A stretch of DNA of 47,096 nt, from assembly GCA_016207685.1 (NCBI GenBank), contig JACQPE010000083.1, positions 1 through 47,096 on the forward strand. Direction: 5' to 3'. Both the position numbers and the translations under genes were made by a program. The stretch is from Elusimicrobiota bacterium. GTDB lineage: Bacteria; Elusimicrobiota; Elusimicrobia; JACQPE01. Positions 18,570 through 27,861 of the stretch are shown piece by piece. The notes beneath the pieces are model-generated. The model saw nothing but the letters and a program-made list of their open reading frames with translations. It did no database searches and had not been told where the DNA came from. Every line of letters starts with the position of its first letter. Positions within the stretch are counted from its first letter, which is position 1.

Positions 18570-18749
18570 CAATGCCGTTCACTTAAAGCCCAAGCGCGCC
18601 ATTTTTGTCATTGCTGGCGCCCTGGGCCCCTACGGGGCCCGGGCCGGCACTCGAAGCTCCGCGGAGGGTGCTGACCCGCCGGAGGCGGGTCCCCAGCAGC
18701 CCCCCTGGGATCGCAATGATAGGCGGGGGGCTTTAAGTGAACGGCATTG
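18570..18749. mobile_element. 180-bp MITE with IS4-like terminal inverted repeats
   Basis: Perfect 22-bp TIR CAATGCCGTTCACTTAAAGCCC (18570-18591 and 18728-18749). Flanks CGTTAAGAAC / CGTTAAAAAA (8/10) may be a decayed TSD. Internal GC-rich hairpins. Confidence 0.85.
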
Positions 18750-18762
18750 CGTTAAAAAATGT

Positions 18763-19806
18763 CTAAGAGCCACTCAAAAATAAATCAGGGTTCTTATTCA
18801 GAAGTTCTTCATAACGATGCAGCATGACCTGGGACATTCCTTGTGAAGAAAGACGCGCGCAATTAATAAGAGCATTATGAATCGCCAAAGGCGTCGATCG
18901 CCCATGCGCCACGAAAACATTGCCACGCACGCCTAAAAGCGGGGCGGCGCCGACGGCTTCCCAAGACAGCTTCTTCTTTAACTTTTTAAGGCTGGGCAGC
19001 ATTAAAAACCCGCCGATTTTTCCCAGCAAATTCAAATTTTTTTTGAGCATCCGTCCCGCTTCTTCAACAAAGCCTTCCCCCAGCTTGAGCATAATATTGC
19101 CCACAAACGCGTCACAAACGACCACGTCTACTTTTCCCGTTGGTAAATCGCGGCCCTCGACCATGCCGGCGAAATCATCGCCCAAGGCCTTTTCGATCCG
19201 GGCATAGGCCTCTTTGACCGTGGCGCTGCCCTTGGAACGCTCCTCCCCAATGGATAGAAGCCCGACGCGAACTTTTTCCCGGCCAAAAAAAACCTTGGCA
19301 TAAAGGCTGCCCAAAATAGCAAAATGAGCCAATTGAATGGAATTGACGTCAGGCGACGCCCCGGCGTCCACCAATAAGGTATGACCCTTGCTATTGGGCC
19401 AAGGAGCCGGTAAACAGGGCTTGAATCCACCCTCAGGAAAAGTCTTTAAAAGATCAATTGACCAAAGAACGCTGGCCGCTGTTGATCCAGCGCTCACGAC
19501 GCCCTGGACGTCTCCCTCTTGATGTAACCTTAGGCACTGGACGATGGATGAGCCCTTGCGCTTGCGGGCAATGGAAAAAGTTCCCTCCCCCATTTCTACT
19601 GCGGCATCCGAATGAACGACCGAAATCGCCAAAGACCGCCATCGGGAATTCAATTTGCCCAAAATGCGTTCCAGTTCGCCGGAGACGCCAACCAATGAAA
19701 CCATAATCGTCGGCATGGAGCGCACGGCAGAAAGAGCTCCCGCCACCAGAGGTTCCGGACCTAAATCTCCGCCCATTGCGTCAAGAGCGACGGAAACTTT
19801 ATTCAT
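18763..19806 (-). CDS. plsX: Phosphate acyltransferase PlsX
   Basis: ALDAMGGD, VVSAGST, DAGA, DVVVCDAFVGN, GAAPLLGV...HGRS; follows rpmF. Confidence 0.95.
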   Translation of the reverse strand: MNKVSVALDAMGGDLGPEPLVAGALSAVRSMPTIMVSLVGVSGELERILGKLNSRWRSLAISVVHSDAAVEMGEGTFSIARKRKGSSIVQCLRLHQEGDVQGVVSAGSTAASVLWSIDLLKTFPEGGFKPCLPAPWPNSKGHTLLVDAGASPDVNSIQLAHFAILGSLYAKVFFGREKVRVGLLSIGEERSKGSATVKEAYARIEKALGDDFAGMVEGRDLPTGKVDVVVCDAFVGNIMLKLGEGFVEEAGRMLKKNLNLLGKIGGFLMLPSLKKLKKKLSWEAVGAAPLLGVRGNVFVAHGRSTPLAIHNALINCARLSSQGMSQVMLHRYEELLNKNPDLFLSGS

Positions 19807-19857
19807 GAATCCGCAGAACAACTTTGACGGCTGATGAATGAAGATTTGCTTTTATTA

Positions 19858-20076
19858 TTATTGTTGCTGTTGGCTGTCGTCTTTTTTGGGTTTTTCCAAC
19901 TTTGGCGGCAATACCGCCCGTCCGGCATAAAAACCGCAATGGGAACACACTCGATGCGGCAGCTTAGGTTCGTGACATTGAGGACACTCCGTTGTGGCCA
20001 CGGCCGCGATGCGCCAATTTGACGCTCGCCGGATTCCCGTGCGATGCCGCGTGTGTTTGCTCTTTGGATTGGGCAT
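19858..20076 (-). CDS. rpmF: 50S ribosomal protein L32
   Basis: MPNPKSKHTRHR...CPQC...PHRVCSHCGFY. Confidence 0.97.
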   Translation of the reverse strand: MPNPKSKHTRHRTGIRRASNWRIAAVATTECPQCHEPKLPHRVCSHCGFYAGRAVLPPKLEKPKKDDSQQQQ

Positions 20077-20094
20077 ATGGCTTAATTTCCTTCT

Positions 20095-20556
20095 TTATGA
20101 ATGGTATACGTTCTTCAGTTTAGCAAAAGGATTTGAGCCCGTGGGTTTGCACTGACACTGGCGCCGGTTAAAATTGGTGCCGCATTGATGGCAAAGACCC
20201 CTGCATTCCACCCGACACAAGGGCTTTCCCGGAATCCCCAAAACAATAGCCTGCCGGATTTGTTCTCCAACGTTTATTTGAGGAATATTTATGGCGTAGG
20301 TTTCTTCTAATTCCTGTTTAAAACGCTCATCAAACGCTTCATTGCAACGGGAACAAACCAAACGAAACTCTCCGGACACATCACCGAAGAGCAACAATTC
20401 CTTGCTGCCTACTGATATATCAAATTCGACATGAAGCGGACTGATCAATCGAACCATCTCCAATGGATAATCCGGGGCATAGTCCTCGATTTTATCCAGT
20501 CGGCCGCAAAAGTTGTATCCACCCTCCTCAATAACGCCTTGCGTCTCAATGATCAC
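20095..20556 (-). CDS. yceD: YceD/DUF177 family protein
   Basis: CSRC...PLCRVECRGLCHQCG...C.C...PFAKL; upstream of rpmF. Confidence 0.92.
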   Translation of the reverse strand: MIIETQGVIEEGGYNFCGRLDKIEDYAPDYPLEMVRLISPLHVEFDISVGSKELLLFGDVSGEFRLVCSRCNEAFDERFKQELEETYAINIPQINVGEQIRQAIVLGIPGKPLCRVECRGLCHQCGTNFNRRQCQCKPTGSNPFAKLKNVYHS

Positions 20557-20601
20557 CCCGTCGCCTCTTTTTAACCGGCCGCACGGCGGCTAAAATTGAT
20601 A

Positions 20602-21675
20602 TCAAACAGCCGCGCCAACCGGGACTCTAAGTTTCTCAATAATGGCATCCGCCATCTGTGATGTTGTGGCGCTGCCGCCCAGATCATAAGTCACGGAGCG
20701 TCCTTCTTTAATAATGGAGGCAACCGCCATTTCCAAATTTTTGGCTGCTCTTGCCTCTCCCAGGTATTCCAGCATCAGTTGAGCTGAAAAAATTATGGCC
20801 GTCGGATTAACCTTGTTTAGTCCTGTATATTTAGGCGCCGATCCATGCACCGCCTCAAATAACGCTCCATTTTCCCCAAAATTAGCCCCTGGGGCGACGC
20901 CCAAACCGCCGATCAGACCGGCGCAAAGGTCGGAAAGAATATCGCCATAAAGATTCGGCAGCACAAGCACGTCATAAAGATCCGGCTTTTGCACCAACTG
21001 CATGCACATGTTATCCACCAAACGCTCTTCATACTCGACCCGGCCCTCATACTCTTTAGACACCTCGCGGGCGACGCTTAAAAAAAGGCCGTCGGTAAAT
21101 TTCATAATATTCGCTTTGGTTACGGCTGTCACTTTGCGACGTTTTTTCTTAACCGCGTAATCAAAAGCAAATTTAACAATCCGCCGGGAGCCCTCCGGGG
21201 AAATGGGCTTAATAGAAATCGCCGCCGACTCCGCGATTTTCCCTTTAGAAAGAACCCGTATCGTCTTTGCCGCTTCGCTGCCCGGCTCAAACTCGATGCC
21301 CGCGTACAAATCCTCCGTATTTTCGCGGACGACAACGAGGTCAATGTTCGCGTAACGCGAGCGCACGCCGACATAAGACTTGCACGGCCGAAGACAAGCA
21401 TAAAGCCCCAATTCTTGCCGCAACGCCACATTGACGCTGCGAAAACCCATTCCGATTGGAGTCGTGATCGGACCCTTGAGAGCGACTTTATTTTTACGGA
21501 TTGAATCAAGAACGTTTTGCGGCAAAGGCGTGCCGTATTTCGCCATGGCCGCTTCGCCGACCTCAACCCTCTCCCATTCAATCGCCACCCCCGTGGCCGC
21601 CACGACACGCACAACCGCATCGGTAATCTCAGGGCCCGTGCCATCACCCGGAATCAAAGTTACTTTGTAAGTCAT
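20602..21675 (-). CDS. icd: Isocitrate dehydrogenase (isocitrate/isopropylmalate dehydrogenase family)
   Basis: [46 protein letters not shown] suggests NADP preference. Confidence 0.85.
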   Translation of the reverse strand: MTYKVTLIPGDGTGPEITDAVVRVVAATGVAIEWERVEVGEAAMAKYGTPLPQNVLDSIRKNKVALKGPITTPIGMGFRSVNVALRQELGLYACLRPCKSYVGVRSRYANIDLVVVRENTEDLYAGIEFEPGSEAAKTIRVLSKGKIAESAAISIKPISPEGSRRIVKFAFDYAVKKKRRKVTAVTKANIMKFTDGLFLSVAREVSKEYEGRVEYEERLVDNMCMQLVQKPDLYDVLVLPNLYGDILSDLCAGLIGGLGVAPGANFGENGALFEAVHGSAPKYTGLNKVNPTAIIFSAQLMLEYLGEARAAKNLEMAVASIIKEGRSVTYDLGGSATTSQMADAIIEKLRVPVGAAV

Positions 21676-21719
21676 ATTAAATATTTTATCAAATCCGGCC
21701 CAGGTGTTCCGAAACCAAT

Positions 21720-22247
21720 CTAGTTGATGCCGGAAATCGCTTCGGTTACCGCTCGACCAAAGGAATCCGGATCAATAGCCGGATAACGATAAAGCTCACT
21801 CTTGATTTGCTGAAATAGCTTAATCAGTTTTATTGGATCAACCAATCCGCTCTGGATAAAATTCTTAATATCCTCCACGTCCTGGGCATGACCGCGCTCA
21901 ATTTTGGACAATACTTGCGCGTAGGGATCATAATGATAAAAATGGACAACTCCGTAGCTGGCGATAAAAACGCTTCGGTCCTTCCATCCGGGAAGCTCCG
22001 GAATAAAATCCGAAGGACTGGCCAACTCCACATTGATTTTAAGTTCTTCTTTGATAACAGGGATTTGCCTAAGCAAACCATCCTCACCGGTCGTGGCGCT
22101 CAAATCCACATCGATTGTGGTCTCGCGCCAGCCATGAAGCAGGGCCGTGACTCCCCCCGTAAAATAGACGTTTGCCGGCTTCGTTAAACGACTGCCCAAT
22201 AACTCCATAAAGCGACGCAAAAGTTTTAATGTCGTTACTTGGCGCAT
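21720..22247 (-). CDS. Predicted nucleotidyltransferase (DUF6036-like)
   Basis: YFTGG...RETTIDVDL (Pol-beta superfamily GG...DxD), [18 protein letters not shown]. Confidence 0.75.
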   Translation of the reverse strand: MRQVTTLKLLRRFMELLGSRLTKPANVYFTGGVTALLHGWRETTIDVDLSATTGEDGLLRQIPVIKEELKINVELASPSDFIPELPGWKDRSVFIASYGVVHFYHYDPYAQVLSKIERGHAQDVEDIKNFIQSGLVDPIKLIKLFQQIKSELYRYPAIDPDSFGRAVTEAISGIN

Positions 22248-22522
22248 GAGAGAGCCCGCTCAAAACTCACCAAACGGCGAATCCAGGAGTTATAAAGGGA
22301 ATGCACGGAGCGGCCAGGATTGGTTCGAGCCAGAAGCGAATAAAGTTTCTGTTCGGGATTCTTAATCGTATGGGCGGGTTTGTAACCCAAAAATCGAAGC
22401 CTCGGCGCGCCGATGGACACCAACAAAGCCGGGATATTCGCCCTGGCCCGAGGATTCTTCAGCGCCCTCAATCCCTCTTGGATAACATTTTCGAGCGGCA
22501 GCTTCGCGTTATTCTCATCCAC
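22235..22522 (-). CDS. Small hypothetical protein coupled to the nucleotidyltransferase (possible antitoxin)
   Basis: 95-aa ORF overlapping the next gene by 13 bp; ends with YNSWIRRLVSFERAL. Confidence 0.7.
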   Translation of the reverse strand: MDENNAKLPLENVIQEGLRALKNPRARANIPALLVSIGAPRLRFLGYKPAHTIKNPEQKLYSLLARTNPGRSVHSLYNSWIRRLVSFERALSCAK

Positions 22523-22557
22523 CCTTAAATTATAACCCGAATTCCCGGAATGAATAT

Positions 22558-22661
22558 GGGGTCACATCTCTACATTTTACATTTCTATCAATACTCTTGG
22601 AAAAAATTGCTCATTTTATTTGGCTATTTTTTCAAAATGTAAAATGTAGAGATGTGACCCC
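22558..22661. repeat. Perfect 27-bp inverted repeat element (REP/MITE-like)
   Basis: GGGGTCACATCTCTACATTTTACATTT (22558-22584) and its exact reverse complement (22635-22661) around a 50-bp AT-rich spacer. Confidence 0.9.
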
Positions 22662-22677
22662 TTCTATTTTTGATTAA

Positions 22678-24261
22678 ATGATGCCGATGCCGATTATTGG
22701 GACGGACGTGTTTTATTGGTTTCAAAAATTTTTAGGATTGACGGCGGCATTGTGTTTTTTTATTTGGGCCGCCAACGCCGGGGCTCGGCGGGCATTTCTA
22801 AATTTAGTGGAACGACTGGACAACGCGCGCAAAGCCCGTGTCATTTTGCTGGCGTTGGCGGCATTCTCTGTCTGGACGTTTCTGTTGCCGATTTTAAGGC
22901 ATAAGGCGTTTCAGAGCCATACGCTTGAGCTTGGTATTTTGACGAATGTTTCTTGGAATTTTTTGCAGGGAAAAGGATTTTATGACCCTGTAATGCATGT
23001 TCAAAATTATCTGGGGGATCACTGGCAGCCCGTTTTGGCGTTAATGGCGCCGGTATTTTGGTTTTGGCGCAACGCGGCGGCGTTGATTGTTATTCAGTCA
23101 CTGGGTCTTGTCGCGGGCGGGATTATGGTTTACCGGTTATCCCAAAAAATTTTAAGTCAGCGGAGCTGGGCTATTTTGGTTGCGGCAATGTATTTTTTAA
23201 GCGCGCCCATGCATGCGATCAACAGGTTTGATTTTCATCCTGAATTCTTGGCCGTGCCTCTCATTGTCGCGGGTTACTCAATGGCTTATCGAAAATTATG
23301 GTGGAAAGCATTTTTTTGTTTTGCGGCCTTATGGCTCGTTAAAGAAGATATGGCGATTGTGGCCGCGGCAATCGGCTCGCAGTTTGTCCTATGCGCCAAG
23401 GAATCCCGGCGTTTTGGAATTTTGATGATAACGGGCAGCGCTTTTGTTCTTGGGGTGGTTATTTTTGTTTTGATGCCCCTATTTTTGGATCATGCGACGC
23501 CGACTCATTTAGCCCGTTATGCCAATTTGGGGACGAGTTGGCCTGAAATATTCAAAAAAATTCTCTTAAAGCCACATTTTGTGTTATTCGAGATGGTCGG
23601 CCACAGGGCTTTTTGGCAGGGATTAAAAAATATGATTCTGCCTTTCCTGGGATTGCCCCTTTTATCTCCCGCGTCCTTTTGGTCGGCGATTGTTCTGGCC
23701 TGGCTGCCGCACGCTTTAAGTTCTTATGCGCCCCAACGCGAACTCGCCGGACAGTATGCCGCGGCATTTTTACCGATATTGACCATCGGTTCCGCCCATG
23801 CAATTAAAAAATTGCTAGAAGCCAACGGCGGCGTTTTTAGAGTGGTTGGCGCCTGGCTCCGTCAGACAACAGCCTGGCCTTTGTTGGCCGTGGTTATTTC
23901 ACAGTGGTCTTTTACGGTATCAAGATATTTTAGTCCGATCGATCCTGCGCGCCTCGATGTTCTTAACGAACTCGTGCGCCTTGTTCCCAAAGAGGGCACC
24001 GTATGCGCCCAATCGGACCTTGGCCCGCATTTGGCCTTCCGGCAAGAATTGACTCAATTTCCCGATATTAGCCAAGCCCAATTCATTGCGCTGGATATAA
24101 ATGGGAATAAATGGCCCTTATCCGATGAAGAGTACGGTCAAAGGGTTCAAAATTTAGAAACGGATCATTTTTATGAACTGCTCTACAACAAAGAAGGGGC
24201 TCGGCTTTATCGCAAAATTGCCGGGACCGGGGCCGACGGTAAAACATCAAATAAAGAATAG
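22678..24261 (+). CDS. DUF2079-like membrane protein (predicted GT-C glycosyltransferase)
   Basis: ELGI, YLGDHWQP, FDFHPE, LVKED, QYAA and HLAFRQ motifs; many TM segments. Confidence 0.8.
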   Translation: MMPMPIIGTDVFYWFQKFLGLTAALCFFIWAANAGARRAFLNLVERLDNARKARVILLALAAFSVWTFLLPILRHKAFQSHTLELGILTNVSWNFLQGKGFYDPVMHVQNYLGDHWQPVLALMAPVFWFWRNAAALIVIQSLGLVAGGIMVYRLSQKILSQRSWAILVAAMYFLSAPMHAINRFDFHPEFLAVPLIVAGYSMAYRKLWWKAFFCFAALWLVKEDMAIVAAAIGSQFVLCAKESRRFGILMITGSAFVLGVVIFVLMPLFLDHATPTHLARYANLGTSWPEIFKKILLKPHFVLFEMVGHRAFWQGLKNMILPFLGLPLLSPASFWSAIVLAWLPHALSSYAPQRELAGQYAAAFLPILTIGSAHAIKKLLEANGGVFRVVGAWLRQTTAWPLLAVVISQWSFTVSRYFSPIDPARLDVLNELVRLVPKEGTVCAQSDLGPHLAFRQELTQFPDISQAQFIALDINGNKWPLSDEEYGQRVQNLETDHFYELLYNKEGARLYRKIAGTGADGKTSNKE

Positions 24262-24296
24262 GGCAAGGTGACGAATGTAAAGAAATTTTTTGGACA

Positions 24297-25472
24297 CTAC
24301 ATTAGCCGCTGATACAAATTTTCTTGTTGGCGTATCATGTAATCGATGTCGAATTCTTCGGTAATGGCCAAGGCTGCTTGACGGCCCCAGTTGCGGCGCT
24401 TGGATTGATCAGCGGCCAGATCGCGCAAAACGCGCTCTAAATCGTCAAGATTGCCCGATGGCGACAAGTGGCCGTTAACATTATTTTTGACGATCTCGAC
24501 CAAACCGTCTGTTTGATAAGCAATGACCGGCAACCCGATTGTCATGGCTTCAACCGCGCTGCGGGGCAGGCCTTCCCAAAGGCTCGTCATGACGAAAATA
24601 TCGCTGACTTTCAAAATATCCACCGCATCCTCGCGCCAGCCGAGATAGATCAAATTTGTGGGCACATGCCGGAAGAGCTCCCCTCTGGGACTTGGGCCCT
24701 CCCAGCCGCCGATAAATAAAAACTTAAGCTGCGGCAAATCAATCATGCGCTTGGCCAATTCCCAAAAATGTTCCGGGTTTTTTTGAGGCTTAAGATTGCC
24801 GACAGTGGTGACAACCAAATCATCCGGCCTTAAACTTAACTGCGATCTTTTATTCCGGCGCTTCCCCTCGTCCCAGGGTTGCAGCCGGTTCAACTGAACA
24901 CCGCTTCGGATCAAAACAGGCGGGTTCCGGCCATGGACGCCCCAGTGATCGCCATAAGCCTTGTTGCTCTCGGAAACATAAACAAGCTGCGTCGTGATTG
25001 CCGCCACCCATCGCTCCAGCCATGAAAGAAAAATAAACGCAGCCTTCGGCAAACGATCATGAAAACCAAAACCATGATACGTGTGGATAATAACCGGCGC
25101 GCCGGAGAGCCATGCCGCGAGCCTGCCTAATATACCAGCCTTGGAGGAATGCGTGTGCGTCACACGGGGACGGATCCTCATGGTCACAAGCCAAAGCTCG
25201 ATTAGAGCAGGAAAATCAAACCATGGCCGGATCTCACGGCGCATCCAGCCCAGCCAGTGCACATTAACATGGCGCGGCAAGTCAGGGATCGTCTTATCAA
25301 GATAACCGCCGCGGCCGCACGCTAAATGAATTTCAAAACGATTAGGATCAAGATGGCCGACGGTATAAAGCGTATTCTGCTGTGCCCCGCCGAATTCAAG
25401 CTTGGTAATAATATGAAGAACGCGAATTTTGGAAGTGACAGGGGCCGGGGGATGGGTCTTGGGAGTTGGCAA
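24297..25472 (-). CDS. Glycosyltransferase family 4
   Basis: VLHIITKLEFGGAQ, HTHSSKAGILGR, SLWEGLPRSAVEAM. Start uncertain; in-frame TTG 25472 chosen. Confidence 0.92.
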   Translation of the reverse strand: MPTPKTHPPAPVTSKIRVLHIITKLEFGGAQQNTLYTVGHLDPNRFEIHLACGRGGYLDKTIPDLPRHVNVHWLGWMRREIRPWFDFPALIELWLVTMRIRPRVTHTHSSKAGILGRLAAWLSGAPVIIHTYHGFGFHDRLPKAAFIFLSWLERWVAAITTQLVYVSESNKAYGDHWGVHGRNPPVLIRSGVQLNRLQPWDEGKRRNKRSQLSLRPDDLVVTTVGNLKPQKNPEHFWELAKRMIDLPQLKFLFIGGWEGPSPRGELFRHVPTNLIYLGWREDAVDILKVSDIFVMTSLWEGLPRSAVEAMTIGLPVIAYQTDGLVEIVKNNVNGHLSPSGNLDDLERVLRDLAADQSKRRNWGRQAALAITEEFDIDYMIRQQENLYQRLM

Positions 25473-25480
25473 TGAAATAA

Positions 25481-26803
25481 TTACAAAACCGGCGTCGCGT
25501 GGCCGGCGGCCAGCACGCGTTCGGCCGCGGCCTTGCCATCTAAAACAGCTTCTTCCATGAAAGAGTATTTCCAAGCCCCATAGCGGCCGGTTGAAATAAT
25601 ATTTTGGCGCTCCAAAAATTCAAAGGCTTCCGGTAAAAACTTACGTCGCTTCTTGGTGTAGATGACATAAGCGGGAGCGATCCGCAGCCACCGGGCGACC
25701 ACGACCTCATCCACAGGCCGCATCCAACCCAATTCGCGAACCATGGAGATCACATGATCAAACATTCCTTTTTCATCAAACGACTCATCCTTCCGCCTGC
25801 TGAATTCGCAATAATAAGAGCTCGTTCCGGGCAAGGCCAGCGCGGGCGCAAAATTGCTTGAAATGCCGATGCGGTAAAAACGAAACTTGTTCTCCGGAAA
25901 ATAAACCCAATGTTTATCGGTCGGCTTGGGGTTGCTTAGGCCCAAATTAAGATTATAAACAACCGTATACTTTAAGGCCTCGCCCCGCGCGCGATCCAAG
26001 CGTTCAGGAATCCGCGGCCGCATTTTTTCAAGGAGCTCATGCAAGGGGATGGTGGAAATGAGCCAATCATAAGGATAGCTCCGGCCGTCAGAGGCCGCCA
26101 CTTCGCGGCGCTCCCAGTGAATTTCGATCGCTTGCGTATTTAAAAAAAGCCGGCTTTGATTAAGCCCTGCGGCCATGGCATCAGGAAGCCCTTGAATGCC
26201 GCCTTCTTTGGGATAGAAAAAAGTCGCATTGTATCCAAAAAATTTTTTTTGATCCGTCAGGGCTCCGTAAAGAACTTCCTCGCGCGATGGGATGGGAACG
26301 AAATCTCGAATCCATTCGGTCGTCATTTTTTTCAAATCAATGCGCCATAGCTTGCTGTTATAGGGCAGCATAAAATAACGCGAAATGCCCTTGCCGAATG
26401 TTTGCAGGCACCAACGCTCAAAACTGGGGTCTTTAACCGGTTTCAAACCCCGATCGCGCGCTTGCAGGAACGCCACCAGACACTCGCGCACGACTTTCGG
26501 CGGCAGGCCGAAAGTATTCGCTTGATATGGGTAACGCGTAAAAACGCCGTTGGAAAAAATCCATGAATCGCGCTTCAAATGCAAAAGCTTGTCTTTGAGC
26601 AAATTTTCAATGAGCCAGCCCTTGGTGTAGGGATGGTGCATGTGCAGCAAGTGGCCCGTCTTATCAAAAGTGAACCCCTTGACCCGGTCCGAGCCCGCCA
26701 AGCCGCCCACTTTTAAATTTTTCTCCAAGATCGTCCAATCCTTTTGAAGATGATGCGCGGCAGATAGCCCGCAAAGTCCCGCGCCCAAAATCAAAACGCC
26801 CAT
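25481..26803 (-). CDS. FAD-dependent oxidoreductase (UDP-galactopyranose mutase/protoporphyrinogen oxidase-like)
   Basis: ILGAGLCGL, VGGLAGS...FTFDKTGH, PYNSKLW, FFYPKEGG, GRYGAWKY. Confidence 0.85.
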   Translation of the reverse strand: MGVLILGAGLCGLSAAHHLQKDWTILEKNLKVGGLAGSDRVKGFTFDKTGHLLHMHHPYTKGWLIENLLKDKLLHLKRDSWIFSNGVFTRYPYQANTFGLPPKVVRECLVAFLQARDRGLKPVKDPSFERWCLQTFGKGISRYFMLPYNSKLWRIDLKKMTTEWIRDFVPIPSREEVLYGALTDQKKFFGYNATFFYPKEGGIQGLPDAMAAGLNQSRLFLNTQAIEIHWERREVAASDGRSYPYDWLISTIPLHELLEKMRPRIPERLDRARGEALKYTVVYNLNLGLSNPKPTDKHWVYFPENKFRFYRIGISSNFAPALALPGTSSYYCEFSRRKDESFDEKGMFDHVISMVRELGWMRPVDEVVVARWLRIAPAYVIYTKKRRKFLPEAFEFLERQNIISTGRYGAWKYSFMEEAVLDGKAAAERVLAAGHATPVL

Positions 26804-26804
26804 C

Positions 26805-27839
26805 TTAATGACGCTCTCCGTGTTTCATTTGAATCCTTGTCAATCGGCGCGCGATCACCCACAAACACAAAAATAATAATGCGTAAATGCCCAAAGCCTT
26901 GGCGTCATCGTCAACCCTGGTTAACATGAAAGCCGCCAGCGACAAAACAAGGGTTCCCGATCCCATGACTAAAACGATATTTTTTTCGGAGAGGCCCACC
27001 ATTTGAAGCCGATGGGCGATATGGTCGCGGCTCCCCCTGAATGGATTCATCCCCTGTTTCACGCGAATGTAGATAAGAAACAGCGTTTCAAAAATGGGAA
27101 CGCCTAAGATCAAAATAGGAGCATAAACCGCGAGTGGATTTTTTGTTGAATAGGAGCACCCCAGCGCCAGCACCGCGAGAATATATCCCAAGGTCAAACT
27201 TCCGCTATCCCCCATAAAAACTTTACCCTTGGCTTTAAAATTATGCGGTAGAAATCCCAGCGTTGCGCCTAGGAGCGTAGCGGCCAGAATGTTGACATAA
27301 ATTTCCTCCGATGGAAATCCGATGGCCAAAAAGCTGGCGGCCGCTATCGCAGCCTGGGTCGCGGCCAAGCCGTCTAAAATATCGATAAGATTAAGCGCAT
27401 TGGCCACGCCCACAATCCAAATGACCGACAAAATCGCCGCCAAATAAGGCGGTGAAAAAAAATGAATTCGTATCGAAGCCACCACCAAAAGCAAAGCGGC
27501 GGCTATTTGAAATAGAAACTTCCACCGGTAGGAAATTCCTCCAGGCATCGTGTCATCGGCAAGGCCCAGCGTAAAAATACCGGCCATGCCAAAAAGAATG
27601 TAACGGAAATTGCGGATAGTTCCCGTGGGATAATGCGTCAAGAAACGCGTCGCCACCAGCACGATCATCATGGAGAAAAAAATGGCGACCCCCCCGATGC
27701 GCGGCGTGGGCTCGGTGTGGGTTTTTAAACGCCGGTCCGGCATATCGTAAAGGCCGAGACGAAACGCCACCCCTCTCGTTAGCGGCGTCAGCAAAAAACT
27801 TAAGGCAAAAGAGCTGGCAATAATGAGTAAATAAACCAT
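26805..27839 (-). CDS. wecA: WecA/MraY-family undecaprenyl-phosphate HexNAc-1-P transferase
   Basis: PTPRIGG, GLADD, NALNLIDILDGL, VFMGDSGS, DHIAHRL. Confidence 0.88.
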   Translation of the reverse strand: MVYLLIIASSFALSFLLTPLTRGVAFRLGLYDMPDRRLKTHTEPTPRIGGVAIFFSMMIVLVATRFLTHYPTGTIRNFRYILFGMAGIFTLGLADDTMPGGISYRWKFLFQIAAALLLVVASIRIHFFSPPYLAAILSVIWIVGVANALNLIDILDGLAATQAAIAAASFLAIGFPSEEIYVNILAATLLGATLGFLPHNFKAKGKVFMGDSGSLTLGYILAVLALGCSYSTKNPLAVYAPILILGVPIFETLFLIYIRVKQGMNPFRGSRDHIAHRLQMVGLSEKNIVLVMGSGTLVLSLAAFMLTRVDDDAKALGIYALLFLCLWVIARRLTRIQMKHGERH

Positions 27840-27861
27840 CTGATCATCATAGATAACATCG

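Noticed and set aside
19858-19900. QQQQ tail on L32 as a contingency repeat
   Set aside because: Only four mixed CAA/CAG codons; variable L32 tails are common.
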